Of a stretch of 64,000 nt of DNA, positions 10,287-20,154 are shown in pieces. Numbering within the stretch: position 1 is the stretch's first letter; each line of letters begins with the position of its first letter. The stretch lies in IMG/VR virus record IMGVR_UViG_3300044643_002701; one strand, given 5' to 3'. Under the pieces are notes generated by a model. That model had not been told where the DNA came from. It did no database searches and saw only the letters and a list, made by a program, of their open reading frames with translations. The translations under genes were made by a program, and so were the position numbers. The DNA comes from an uncultured virus (IMG/VR IMGVR_UViG_3300044643_002701) (lineage: Duplodnaviria; Heunggongvirae; Uroviricota; Caudoviricetes).

Positions 10287-10685
10287 TTAGTGCACTTTTA
10301 AAAAAAAGTTTAATAAACTATCTATAGACCTAATTAAAACAAAAGCCAGTCCTATGAAAAGTATTCCACAACCAGAAAAGATTGCGGCGAATATTGAAAG
10401 CCACATACCAAGACATAATTGGCAAGAAAAGATCTTTAAAAGAAATGATATTTTGAAGTTTTTTGTAAACTGCTTTTTTTCTGATAGGTACTCTATATAA
10501 GAACTGTAGTTCATTTCAGTAACTGGCCTTAAGAAGTATTCGTCTATTAAAAACCAAGAGTATAATTTTTTAGGAATTGCTGGTTTTACGAGTTTTGCGT
10601 AGAAGGGGAAGAAGTCTGTATTGAACCATAAATGTTCTACGCTAGAAAATAATATACAGAGTAAGATTAAAATTAATATTGACAT
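10287..10685 (-). CDS. Membrane protein with CxxC (DUF1360-like)
   Basis: Hydrophobic helices; FSCQLCLGMWLS. Confidence 0.45.
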   Translation of the reverse strand: MSILILILLCILFSSVEHLWFNTDFFPFYAKLVKPAIPKKLYSWFLIDEYFLRPVTEMNYSSYIEYLSEKKQFTKNFKISFLLKIFSCQLCLGMWLSIFAAIFSGCGILFIGLAFVLIRSIDSLLNFFLKVH

Positions 10686-10817
10686 AAGTATAAAAATGTT
10701 TATATATAGGTATATATTCGGTTATTGAATGCTCGCAAGCTCACATCCAATATTTACTCGCTACGCTCATAAATGTTTATTTAATTATATTATTAATAAT
10801 AAATAAATCAAATGTAA

Positions 10818-10846
10818 TTGACGTAAGGTAAAAAAAGATATATTAT
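10818..10846 (+). promoter_or_regulatory. sigma70 promoter of the sigma-factor gene
   Basis: TTGACG-N17-TATTAT; ATG at 10856. Confidence 0.65.
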
Positions 10847-10855
10847 TCGATCTGA

Positions 10856-11467
10856 ATGAAAACAGGAAAACCAAAAAAGACGGTTGATGATAACTATCTT
10901 ATAGAACAGATAAAATCAAAATCATGCAACGATAGTCTTCTAGAACTTATTTCTAGACATAGTGGAATATGCTTCTCTATAGGTAAGAAATTCCTAGCAT
11001 CCCATCCAGTTCATCTAAACGAGCTTAGCGATAATAAAGACTGGATAATATACTCGTCTGCCATATCGTTCAATCAAGATATGGGATCAAAGTTTTCAAC
11101 TTGGTTAGCAAATAATGTAAAGTATTTTTGTTTAAACCTCAAAAACAAGGTATCAAAATATGTAAACTCTGAACAAGATCTTCTTGAGTTCTTGATAAAT
11201 AAAAACAACACCGAAGTAAAAGAGTCAAACTCTAATAAAAGTGAGATCATCAATGCTATTACAGATCTCCTAGATAAGGTCAAAGATGAAAACGTGAAGA
11301 ATGCAATCTATTATAGGTATCTATCAAATAAAAATAGAATTTTAAACTACGCAGAAGTTGCTAGCATCCTAAACGTTACTCCACAAACGGCACTGAACTG
11401 GCACAACAAATTTATAAATTTAGCTAAAAAAAAGTTGACATCCCTAAACAATAGTACTATAATTTAA
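10856..11467 (+). CDS. Phage RNA polymerase sigma factor
   Basis: Region 2 FNQDMGSKFSTWL; region 4 HTH LNYAEVASILNVTPQTA. Confidence 0.8.
   Translation: MKTGKPKKTVDDNYLIEQIKSKSCNDSLLELISRHSGICFSIGKKFLASHPVHLNELSDNKDWIIYSSAISFNQDMGSKFSTWLANNVKYFCLNLKNKVSKYVNSEQDLLEFLINKNNTEVKESNSNKSEIINAITDLLDKVKDENVKNAIYYRYLSNKNRILNYAEVASILNVTPQTALNWHNKFINLAKKKLTSLNNSTII
11435..11463 (+). promoter_or_regulatory. Perfect-consensus sigma70 promoter
   Basis: TTGACA-N17-TATAAT; ATG at 11474. Confidence 0.8.
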
Positions 11468-11473
11468 AATGTT

Positions 11474-11749
11474 ATGGAAAACACAAATACAGCAAATAAG
11501 CCAAAACTAGAAGAAGCTGGCGCACTATGGAAGCGCGTTAGTAAGAGTGGTACAACCTACCTAAACGGTACGGTAAAGACCAAGGATGGTCAGGAGATCA
11601 AGTTACTTATTTTTAGTAACTCCAACAAGACAGACGGTTCTAATCAGCCAGATTACAGGGTTTATTTTGACAACCCAATTGGTTCTAACGCGGGTTCTGA
11701 AACCCCAAAGGCAGTTAAGAGCAATAAGTCAGACGAAATCCCCTTCTAA
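11474..11749 (+). CDS. DUF736-like small ssDNA-binding protein
   Basis: GALWKR..YLNG..NQPDYRV; SSB-like acidic tail DEIPF. Confidence 0.6.
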   Translation: MENTNTANKPKLEEAGALWKRVSKSGTTYLNGTVKTKDGQEIKLLIFSNSNKTDGSNQPDYRVYFDNPIGSNAGSETPKAVKSNKSDEIPF

Positions 11750-11752
11750 GTT

Positions 11753-12841
11753 GTGAGTATTGCCCTACATTTACCTCTTAACTCAACTTCGTTAGGGCAG
11801 GTTTCATATTCCATCCTGCGAGAAATTTACTCTCGCGGGATGGATGTTGTCCTATTTCCCATTGGAGAGATAGACATATCTTCACAAAAGATAGATCAAA
11901 ATTTTGCAGATTGGATTAAAAATGCCGCTACTGATGCGGTAAAAAAACACGATAGAAAAAATCCCATATTCAAGCTATGGCATATCCAAGGAAGTTTGGA
12001 AAGCTTTTCTGAAAAACAAGTTCTTCTTAGTTTTTACGAACTAGACTCCCCCACGCCAACAGAAATAAATATTGTAAAAAATAACTCAAGCGTATTACTT
12101 TCTAGTAATTATTCTGTCAACATATTCAATAATATGGGACTAGATAACGTAAAATTTGTTCCTCTGGCTTTTGACGAGACTCATTTTAATTTAATTCCAA
12201 AAGAGAGTAAAACAGGTGATATCCAGTTTGGAATGTTTGGCAAACTTGAGCCGAGCAGAAAACGGCATTTAAAAATTCTAACTTCTTGGGTTAAGAAGTA
12301 TGGAAACAAGCCGGGGTATATGCTTAATTGCAATGTATTTAATAGATTTCTTGATCCAAATATTCAATCAAATATTATTATGGAGGCCTTGAATGGCAAT
12401 AGGTATTGGAATGTAAATTTCCTTCCTCATATGGAAAGCAATACTACATACAACAAGTTTATAAATAATAATGACATCGCCATAGCAATGAGTGGTGGCG
12501 AAGGATGGGGACTTCCAGAATTCCAAAGCGTAGCTCTTGGAAAGCACTGCGTGGGATTGAATGCCCATGCATATAAAGACTGGATGAATGAAAAAAATGC
12601 TATTTTAATTAATCCAAGTAGTAAAATTCCAGTTTATGACAATATGTTCTTTAGACAGGGTGCAGAAACAAATCAAGGAAATATCTTTGACTGGAATGAA
12701 GAAGAGTTTATTAGCGGCCTTGAGCAAGCAGAAAAAAGATTTAAAGAGAACCCCGTAAACACGGAAGGCTTAAAACTAAGAGAACAGTTTACTTACAAAA
12801 AGACCGTAGACTCAATACTTCAAATAATGAATTCTTTATGA
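11753..12841 (+). CDS. GT4 glycosyltransferase
   Basis: GKLEPSRKR; SGGEGWGLPEFQSVALGK. Confidence 0.75.
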   Translation: MSIALHLPLNSTSLGQVSYSILREIYSRGMDVVLFPIGEIDISSQKIDQNFADWIKNAATDAVKKHDRKNPIFKLWHIQGSLESFSEKQVLLSFYELDSPTPTEINIVKNNSSVLLSSNYSVNIFNNMGLDNVKFVPLAFDETHFNLIPKESKTGDIQFGMFGKLEPSRKRHLKILTSWVKKYGNKPGYMLNCNVFNRFLDPNIQSNIIMEALNGNRYWNVNFLPHMESNTTYNKFINNNDIAIAMSGGEGWGLPEFQSVALGKHCVGLNAHAYKDWMNEKNAILINPSSKIPVYDNMFFRQGAETNQGNIFDWNEEEFISGLEQAEKRFKENPVNTEGLKLREQFTYKKTVDSILQIMNSL

Positions 12842-13002
12842 CAACTGATGATAAAAATTTTAAAGATCTAGAACTAATTAAATCCGCCGCAAAGTCTCTA
12901 GAGCAGATAACATTTAAAGATGGCACTTCTTATTTTAGAATGCCGAATGGACAACTAGTTAGGTCGTCTAAACGCGCATATATAATTAGAAAAGAAAAAT
13001 AA
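12838..13002 (+). CDS. Small hypothetical protein (54 aa, below ORF-track cutoff)
   Basis: ATGA overlap with the upstream stop; fills the operon gap; MTTDDKNF..IIRKEK. Confidence 0.5.
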   Translation: MTTDDKNFKDLELIKSAAKSLEQITFKDGTSYFRMPNGQLVRSSKRAYIIRKEK

Positions 13003-13006
13003 AGCC

Positions 13007-13324
13007 GTGGCAATATACGTATTCGAAAATCCAAATACTGGGGAAACGATAGAGTTATCATTTGGTATGAATGATGAAAAATCATATATCGACCAAAGTG
13101 GTGTACAATGGAATCGTGTGTATTTTCCCACATTATTCGCATTTGACACAAAAATAGATCCACATGACTCAAAAGCTTTTGTTAAAAAGACAGATAAGGC
13201 CGGAACACTTGGCGATATTATGGACTTATCAAAAGAAATGAGCGAAAGGCGTGGCGGTAAAAAAAATGACCCAGTAAAGAAAGAATTTTCCAAAGACTGG
13301 AAAAAGCGTAGAAAAATGAAGTAG
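13007..13324 (+). CDS. FmdB-like (degenerate zinc-ribbon) protein
   Basis: MAIYVFENPNTGETIE resembles the MPxYxY FmdB start. Confidence 0.45.
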   Translation: MAIYVFENPNTGETIELSFGMNDEKSYIDQSGVQWNRVYFPTLFAFDTKIDPHDSKAFVKKTDKAGTLGDIMDLSKEMSERRGGKKNDPVKKEFSKDWKKRRKMK

Positions 13325-13431
13325 TACAATCAAATAATCAAATTGTTGCCTTAAAAAAGCACTTCTTGATTTTTTTATTTTCAAATTAATCATTATGTTG
13401 TAATATACTACTACAACCATTCAGAATAACT

Positions 13432-14403
13432 ATGATATTTGAAGAACAGATTTCCAGAAAACCAAACACCTATCCTTGGACAGAAGAATACATTGAAGCA
13501 ATGCACAATGGCTTCTGGACTGATAAAGAATTTAGTTTTAAATCTGATGTTCAGCAATTTAAGGTTAATCTTTCAGATCAGGAAAGAGAGATCGTAATTC
13601 GTACATTATCAGCTATTGGACAAATAGAAGTCGCAGTTAAAACTTTTTGGGCAAAGCTAGGAGAAAATCTACCACATCCATCCCTACAAGATCTAGGTTA
13701 TGTTATGGCTAATGTTGAAGTTATTCACAATAATGCCTACGAAAGACTTATTTCAGTTCTTGGGCTAGAAAACGTTTTTGAAGAAAACCTTAAACTAGAC
13801 TGGATACAGGGCAGAGTTAACTATCTTAGAAAATATACACACAGATTCTATAAAGACTCAAAAAAACAATACTTATATGCACTAATACTTTTTACTCTTT
13901 TTGTGGAAAATGTATCTTTATTTAGTCAGTTTTATGTTATAAACTGGTTTGCGCGCTTCAAGAATGTACTTAAGGATACCGATCAACAAGTCAAGTATAC
14001 CAGAAACGAAGAAAATCTACACGCTTTAGTTGGTATTAAAATAATCAATACTATCAGAAAAGAATATCCAGAACTTTTCGATGCCGAACTAGAAAACAAG
14101 ATTCTATTTGAGGCTGGAGAAGCTTTTAAGTCAGAAAGTAAAATCGTAGACTGGATGGTAAATGGAATAAAGGAAGAAGGTCTTGATGCAAATATTTTAA
14201 AAGAATTTATTAAAAATCGCATAAATGAATCTCTTTCTCAGATTGGCTTTAGAAAAGCTTTTGAAGTCAATACCGAATTACTCCAATCAACAAAATGGTT
14301 CGAAGAAGAACTGCTTGGGAATAATATGACTGACTTTTTTCATTCTCGTCCAGTAGAATATTCTAAGAAAAATCAGTCCTTTAACGAAGATGACTTGTTT
14401 TAG
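13432..14403 (+). CDS. nrdB: Ribonucleotide reductase class Ia beta subunit
   Basis: EVIHNNAY, VENVSLFSQF, EENLH di-iron ligands; DFFHSRPVEY. Confidence 0.95.
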   Translation: MIFEEQISRKPNTYPWTEEYIEAMHNGFWTDKEFSFKSDVQQFKVNLSDQEREIVIRTLSAIGQIEVAVKTFWAKLGENLPHPSLQDLGYVMANVEVIHNNAYERLISVLGLENVFEENLKLDWIQGRVNYLRKYTHRFYKDSKKQYLYALILFTLFVENVSLFSQFYVINWFARFKNVLKDTDQQVKYTRNEENLHALVGIKIINTIRKEYPELFDAELENKILFEAGEAFKSESKIVDWMVNGIKEEGLDANILKEFIKNRINESLSQIGFRKAFEVNTELLQSTKWFEEELLGNNMTDFFHSRPVEYSKKNQSFNEDDLF

Positions 14404-14432
14404 TCTTCAAAAATTGATATCCTTACAATAGC

Positions 14433-16094
14433 ATGACAACTGAAACCGACAGCAATATTTACTGGTTAAATAAAGATTCTAGAAAATTTCTTCAAAGAGG
14501 CTATCTTTTAGAAGACGAAACAGCTGAACAAAGGATTGGCGATATAGCAAAAACTGCTGAAAAAATTTTAGGACAAAAAGGCTTTGCTAAAAAATTTGAA
14601 GACTATATGCATAGGGGTTTTTATTCCCTAGCTTCTCCAATTTGGTCTAATTTCGGTCGCAAGCGCGGATTACCAATTTCATGCTTTGGATCTTTTGTTC
14701 CAGACACGATGGAAGGCATTATGGAAAAAGTTTCCGAAGTAGCCGTAATGACCAAGCACGGCGGCGGAACCAGCGCTTATTTTGGAGGACTAAGAAACCG
14801 AGGAGCAAAAATCTCTTCTGGAGGAGAGTCAACTGGCTCTGTCCATTTCATGGAATTATTTGATAAGCTCATGAATGTTGTTTCGCAAGGTAATGTGCGC
14901 CGTGGCTCATTTGCTTCCTATCTGCCAATAGATCATGGAGATATAGAAGAGTTTTTAAAGATAAAATCCGAAGGCAATGAGATTCAAGATCTTTCTATTG
15001 GCATTACTATTTCCGATGAATGGATGAAGTCAATGGTAGATGGTGACAAAGAAAAACGCAGGATATGGGGACTGGTTTTAAAAAAGCGTTTTGAATCTGG
15101 ATATCCATATCTGTTCTTTACGGATAACGTAAACAAACAAGCTCCACAAGTTTATAAAGATAAAAATCTTAAGATTAATCATTCTAATCTTTGTAGCGAA
15201 ATAATGCTTCCTAACTCGCAGGACGAATCCTTTGTGTGCGATCTTTCGTCAATGAACCTTGAAAGATGGGAAGAATGGAAGGAGACAGATGCAGTAGAGA
15301 CAATGGTATTTTTCTTAGATGCGGTCATGACAGAATTCATAACCAAGACCGAAGGAGTCAAGTTTATGGAGGCTCCTAGAAAATTTGCCATTCGTCATCG
15401 CGCACTAGGACTTGGCGTTCTTGGTTGGCATTCATTACTTCAGTCAAAAATGGTGCCATTCGAATCAATGGAGGCAAAAATTCTCAATAATACTATTTGG
15501 AAAACGATTAGAGAGAAGGCAGATAAGGCAAGCATCGAATTGGCAAAACTTTTTGGAGAACCAGAAGTTCTAAAGGGGTATGGACGTAGAAATACAACTA
15601 CACTTGCCGTTGCACCTACAACCTCAAGTTCCTTTATTCTTGGTCAAGTATCCCCAAGTATTGAACCATTAAATAGTAATTATTATGTAAAAGATCTTGC
15701 AAAGGGGAAATTTTCCTACAAGAACCCATATCTTAAGAAGCTTTTAAAAGAAAAAAACCAAAATACAGATGAAATTTGGAAGTCTATATTAATCAATTCC
15801 GGTTCAGTGCAACATCTTGATTTTCTTTCTGAAAACGAGAAAGACACGTTCAAAACTTTTGAAGAAACCTCTCAGCGAGAGATCATTATACAAGCGGCAA
15901 GTCGTCAAAAGCACATAGACCAAGGACAGAGTCTTAATCTAATGATTCCAGCCGGGACTCCACCTAAACTAGTTAATGAACTTATTATTTTTGCTTGGGA
16001 GCAGGGAATTAAAAGCCTTTATTATCAGAGGTCTACAAATCCAGCCCAAACTCTAGCAAGGTCTATAATGTCCTGCAAGAGCTGCGAAGCATAA
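14433..16094 (+). CDS. nrdA: Ribonucleotide reductase class Ia alpha subunit (short, no ATP-cone)
   Basis: PISCF, SNLCSE, VAPTTSSS, KSLYY, C-terminal CKSCE. Confidence 0.95.
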   Translation: MTTETDSNIYWLNKDSRKFLQRGYLLEDETAEQRIGDIAKTAEKILGQKGFAKKFEDYMHRGFYSLASPIWSNFGRKRGLPISCFGSFVPDTMEGIMEKVSEVAVMTKHGGGTSAYFGGLRNRGAKISSGGESTGSVHFMELFDKLMNVVSQGNVRRGSFASYLPIDHGDIEEFLKIKSEGNEIQDLSIGITISDEWMKSMVDGDKEKRRIWGLVLKKRFESGYPYLFFTDNVNKQAPQVYKDKNLKINHSNLCSEIMLPNSQDESFVCDLSSMNLERWEEWKETDAVETMVFFLDAVMTEFITKTEGVKFMEAPRKFAIRHRALGLGVLGWHSLLQSKMVPFESMEAKILNNTIWKTIREKADKASIELAKLFGEPEVLKGYGRRNTTTLAVAPTTSSSFILGQVSPSIEPLNSNYYVKDLAKGKFSYKNPYLKKLLKEKNQNTDEIWKSILINSGSVQHLDFLSENEKDTFKTFEETSQREIIIQAASRQKHIDQGQSLNLMIPAGTPPKLVNELIIFAWEQGIKSLYYQRSTNPAQTLARSIMSCKSCEA

Positions 16095-16111
16095 AGATCT
16101 AATTTTAGTAT

Positions 16112-16480
16112 ATGGACTATAAGGATAGTGACTCTGCCAGTATTGACGAGCTAATAGAAAAAAAGCTTTTCGATAACCTTAAATGGTCAATGTTGCTATT
16201 TGTATTTAACCAAGTTTGCGATAATCTCGTTAATGATAACGAAGAGAAAAGCATAAGCACACAAAAACTATTCTTTAAGGAATGGAAAAAGTTTGTTATA
16301 AGTAATATAGTACAAGACGATCTGAGCATAATTAACAAAACACTAAATTCGCCACTTAACATGTTTTTCTCAGTTCTTCAGAACAAAGGGGATGAAATTA
16401 AAACAACAGAAGAGTATCAAGAGAAATACAATAAAATTATAAAAAAAATCGAGAAAGAGTTTAATGAAAATTTTCAATAG
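16112..16480 (+). CDS. Hypothetical protein
   Basis: 122 aa ORF in operon context. Confidence 0.5.
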   Translation: MDYKDSDSASIDELIEKKLFDNLKWSMLLFVFNQVCDNLVNDNEEKSISTQKLFFKEWKKFVISNIVQDDLSIINKTLNSPLNMFFSVLQNKGDEIKTTEEYQEKYNKIIKKIEKEFNENFQ

Positions 16481-16525
16481 CTCTATAATTATTAGAATTG
16501 AGCTGTGTTAAAAATTATAATTTGC

Positions 16526-17590
16526 ATGAGCAAAAAAATAGTAGTAACTGGAATTACTGGACAAGATGGAAGCTACATGGTAGACTTCTTGCTTAAGAAT
16601 ACGGATTATACAATATATGGAATGGTAAGAAGGGCTTCTACTCTAAATACTACCAACATTTCCCAATTTTTAGCAAACGATAGATTTAAACTAATAACCG
16701 GAGACCTGTCTGATGGACAATCTATAGCCAATATTGTTAGTGAAGTTGTTCCAGACTACTTCATTAACTTGGCCGCACAAAGTTTTGTAGGTAGCAGTTG
16801 GCAAATTCCAGAGCAAACTTTTGATGTTGGTGCAATGGGCGTATTGCGCTGCTTAGAAGCAATTAGAAAATATGCACCAAACTGCAGATTTTACAACGCT
16901 GGATCCAGCGAGGAACTTGGTAATGTAGATTACTACCCACAGGACGATAAACATCCCTTGAAGCCAAGAAGTCCGTATGGGGCCGCTAAAGCTGCCGCAA
17001 GGCACCTTGTCAAGGTTTACAGAGAAAGTTACGATTTGTATGCAATACAAGGACTATTGTATAATCATGAATCGCAACGCCGTGGAGAAGAGTTTGTCAC
17101 TAGAAAGATTACAAAGGGTGTTGCTAGGATTTTAAAATGTATTAAAAATAATGAAAAGTTCGAGCCTATACATTTGGGCAATATAGATGCAAAACGCGAT
17201 TGGAGCCATGCAATGGACTTTGTAGAAGGCATCTGGTTAATGTTAAATCAGAGCGAGCCAAGGGAATATATTCTATCGTCAGGAGAAACGCACTCTGTCA
17301 GGGAATTCGTATCACTCGCGTTTAAAGCGGCTGGCATAGAAGGAACTTGGGATTTTGTTAATGGAAAAGAACCAATAAATGAAGAGTTTCTAACAAATAC
17401 AGGCGACTCGGTAGCAACTTTAGTGAAAATCAATCCAGAATTTTATAGACCAGCAGAAGTAGATTTATTGCTAGGAGATTCAAATCCAGCCAGATCGGAA
17501 TTAAACTGGACTCCTAAGATTTCTTTTACAGACCTTGTAAAATTAATGGTCGAAAATGATTTAAATCTTGAAAATTGTGTAAATATATAA
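16526..17590 (+). CDS. gmd: GDP-mannose 4,6-dehydratase
   Basis: VTGITGQDGSY, AAQSFV, SPYGAAK, NHESQRRGEEFVTRKIT, YRPAEVDLLLGD; likely start is ATG 16526. Confidence 0.95.
   Translation: MSKKIVVTGITGQDGSYMVDFLLKNTDYTIYGMVRRASTLNTTNISQFLANDRFKLITGDLSDGQSIANIVSEVVPDYFINLAAQSFVGSSWQIPEQTFDVGAMGVLRCLEAIRKYAPNCRFYNAGSSEELGNVDYYPQDDKHPLKPRSPYGAAKAAARHLVKVYRESYDLYAIQGLLYNHESQRRGEEFVTRKITKGVARILKCIKNNEKFEPIHLGNIDAKRDWSHAMDFVEGIWLMLNQSEPREYILSSGETHSVREFVSLAFKAAGIEGTWDFVNGKEPINEEFLTNTGDSVATLVKINPEFYRPAEVDLLLGDSNPARSELNWTPKISFTDLVKLMVENDLNLENCVNI
17577..17590 (+). promoter_or_regulatory. Candidate phage late-promoter motif GTGTAAATATA
   Basis: RTGTAA plus AT-rich tract recurs upstream of 17600, 37777, 43077(-), 45265(-) and 60852(-). 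Confidence 0.4.
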
Positions 17591-17599
17591 TATATTCCT

Positions 17600-17785
17600 A
17601 TGAATGGAGAAGAAAAGCTCAGTACTTGTAAATTCCGATCACAAGACGAACAGGAAAGAATTATCACAAGGTGTTCTTGTAGGGGTGGAAACTACACAGA
17701 TAAAGGGTTCATCTGCGAAAAAAGAGAAATCTTCAAGGTCACGCAAGAAGTCTGTCAAGACTGCGGGGAATACGAGCCTAAATAA
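17600..17785 (+). CDS. Small Cys-rich protein, paralog of 5638..5853, overlapping 17604..18122
   Basis: Cys pattern conserved with 5638..5853. Confidence 0.65.
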   Translation: MNGEEKLSTCKFRSQDEQERIITRCSCRGGNYTDKGFICEKREIFKVTQEVCQDCGEYEPK

Positions 17786-18122
17786 AAGAAACTTTGTTTT
17801 AAGGTTTTTAAAATCGGACGCCAATATTGTTTGGCCCAGAGAGATGAAGATAGTTAATTCTCTCCTAAAGATATTCCCAAATGAAATATTTTGGGAGTCA
17901 CTCACTTTGAGGTTTCAGTTAAACAGCCTCTGTTGGCTTCTATCTGATGAGGGCAGAAGATTGCTAAATATAGAGTACAAGAAATTCATTTTTGAACCAG
18001 AGAAGCCACAGAACTTTATTATAGAAAATAATAATATTGAATTTAAGGGAAAAATAGGCGAAACTGTAGAAGCACCTATGACAGTGCGAGAATTTTTAAA
18101 TTTATGGCAAAAGAAGAAATAA
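17604..18122 (+). CDS. Hypothetical protein with an overlapping N-terminus
   Basis: 172 aa; runs into recA; start uncertain. Confidence 0.5.
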   Translation: MEKKSSVLVNSDHKTNRKELSQGVLVGVETTQIKGSSAKKEKSSRSRKKSVKTAGNTSLNKRNFVLRFLKSDANIVWPREMKIVNSLLKIFPNEIFWESLTLRFQLNSLCWLLSDEGRRLLNIEYKKFIFEPEKPQNFIIENNNIEFKGKIGETVEAPMTVREFLNLWQKKK

Positions 18123-19204
18123 AATCAAACTCCAGTCAATCAGTATTATCGTCCTTCCTAAAAAGTACAAAGGGTGAGCATTATAACTTTGAAGATGAAA
18201 AGATTTTCAATGTTTCTACCGGATCTCTTCTTTTAGATTCCGAGATGGGCGGGTCTCTGGAGGTTCCAGCAATCCTGCGCTTTACTGGTGTAAGTGGCGG
18301 TGGAAAAACCAGTTCAGCCCTTCTTATTATGAAGAATTTCCTAGATACAGTTCCCAAGGGAAAGGGTTTTCTAGTAAAGGCAGAAGGCAGACTTAACTCT
18401 AATGTAAAGAATGTTTCTGGAGTAAAGTTTGTAGATAAGGCCGAGGATTGGGTTGATGGAACCTGCTTCGTATTGCGCACAAATATTTATGAGAACGTTG
18501 CTAGCATTATTCTAGAACTTATTAAAAATAATCCAGATGATTCAAGGTATTATTTTCTAATTGATAGCATGGATGCTCTTATAGCTAAGAACGATGCGGC
18601 AAAAGGCTTTGAAGACAGTCAAAAGGTTGCCGCTGGTGCGGTTATAAGTTCACATTTTCTAAAGATGATCATGTTACCATTGTCAACTTTTGGTCATGTT
18701 TGCGCCCTAATTTCACAAGTTCGTTCGAATGTTCAAATTAATCCTTATGCGAAAACAGATCCAAAGCTTACAAACAGTTCTGGTGGTAACGCTTTACAGC
18801 ATTATGCGGATTGGATTTTTGAATTCCAGCCTAGATACAAAGCAGATCAAATAGTAGAAGATGGAAAAATAATCGGCCATTGGGCAAAAATAGTTCTCCG
18901 TAAAACTACTAATGAAAAAGAAGGAACAGAAATATTATACCCAATTCGTCATGGCAGAACAGGAGGAAATAGCATCTGGATTGAGTATGAAGTATCTGAC
19001 ATGTTAATTCAATGGGGATTTGCAAAAAAGTCTGGCGCATGGATCAATCTTGACTCCAAGCTCGTAGACGAAGTTTCGAAAGAAACTGGTCAAGCAGTGC
19101 CAAGTACAATACAAGGAATGGAAAAACTAAGAACCTTTTTAGAAGAAAATAAAGAAATCTGTCTTTACTTATTTAATAAGTTTAAAGGGGCGCTAGCAAA
19201 GTGA
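18104..19204 (+). CDS. recA: RecA/UvsX-like recombinase
   Basis: STGSLLLD, Walker A GVSGGGKT, LIDSMDAL, ISQVR, SGGNALQHYAD. Confidence 0.9.
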   Translation: MAKEEIKSNSSQSVLSSFLKSTKGEHYNFEDEKIFNVSTGSLLLDSEMGGSLEVPAILRFTGVSGGGKTSSALLIMKNFLDTVPKGKGFLVKAEGRLNSNVKNVSGVKFVDKAEDWVDGTCFVLRTNIYENVASIILELIKNNPDDSRYYFLIDSMDALIAKNDAAKGFEDSQKVAAGAVISSHFLKMIMLPLSTFGHVCALISQVRSNVQINPYAKTDPKLTNSSGGNALQHYADWIFEFQPRYKADQIVEDGKIIGHWAKIVLRKTTNEKEGTEILYPIRHGRTGGNSIWIEYEVSDMLIQWGFAKKSGAWINLDSKLVDEVSKETGQAVPSTIQGMEKLRTFLEENKEICLYLFNKFKGALAK

Positions 19205-20154
19205 AGATAGCAGTTAGATTGGAGGGTGGACTAGGCGACCATTTGCTTGCAAATCGATTTGTTCATGCAATCAAAGAAAAATATCCAAATAGTAAAATAC
19301 ACGCATTTTCCGACACGGAGGGAAATTCACGCTCAATTGAATTACTGCAACAGTTATTTCCTTCAAAATATGATATTATATCTACATGCGAAAAAAGAAA
19401 AAATCAAAATTTTGAAATTAAAACCCCATTCGGGGTTGAAAACTATCCTGCATATATAACAAATTTACCAGACCGTTCTTTATTAGAAATAAATTCGTGC
19501 GATAAATTTTATGACTTGCATATTGATAGTTTAAATTGGTTAAATTATGATTTTGATTGGTTAAGATATTACTACTTTTTTCCTAAACCAGAAATTGAAC
19601 TAGTATCCCCATACAAATCGGGATATATAATGGCCCATCTATATTCAAGACCAGATTCTCCGTATAATTTAGAGCAATGGTACACAATACAGCTTTTATC
19701 AAAACTATCAGAAAACAATAAAATTGTAGTGGTGACGCAAAACCAGCATAAAGACTATTACTCGGAACTTTTTAATAATAAAAATATAATTATTAATACA
19801 ACAGATAGCGTTATTGAAATATGTAGAATAGCACAAGGCTGTAGTTGTTTTATTGGTATTGATAGTGGCATTAGATATATTCCATATTATTTCTCTAAAC
19901 CAGTTTTTGTTTTTTCAAAATATTGTCAAGAATATGGATCTGTAGGATATTCACATTTAATAAGATGGTTAATTTTTCCTAAAATGGTTTTGCCAATGCA
20001 TTTTAATATTGATATCGTAAAAAAAATGATATATCATTCTGTTAATAACCCAGCCAACATATTGTTTCCGGAGCTACTAGAAAATTCCAATCTCTATACA
20101 GTAAATAGATTTGCGCACAATAGTACAACTAATAATGATAGCCTTAATCAATAA
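19201..20154 (+). CDS. GT9-like glycosyltransferase
   Basis: EGGLGDHL; FIGIDSG. Confidence 0.7.
   Translation: MKIAVRLEGGLGDHLLANRFVHAIKEKYPNSKIHAFSDTEGNSRSIELLQQLFPSKYDIISTCEKRKNQNFEIKTPFGVENYPAYITNLPDRSLLEINSCDKFYDLHIDSLNWLNYDFDWLRYYYFFPKPEIELVSPYKSGYIMAHLYSRPDSPYNLEQWYTIQLLSKLSENNKIVVVTQNQHKDYYSELFNNKNIIINTTDSVIEICRIAQGCSCFIGIDSGIRYIPYYFSKPVFVFSKYCQEYGSVGYSHLIRWLIFPKMVLPMHFNIDIVKKMIYHSVNNPANILFPELLENSNLYTVNRFAHNSTTNNDSLNQ

Noticed and set aside
13395..13420. NrdR box or terminator upstream of nrdB
   Set aside because: Only a 6-bp inverted repeat (GTTGTA..TACAAC), with a poor match to the NrdR consensus and no U-tract.
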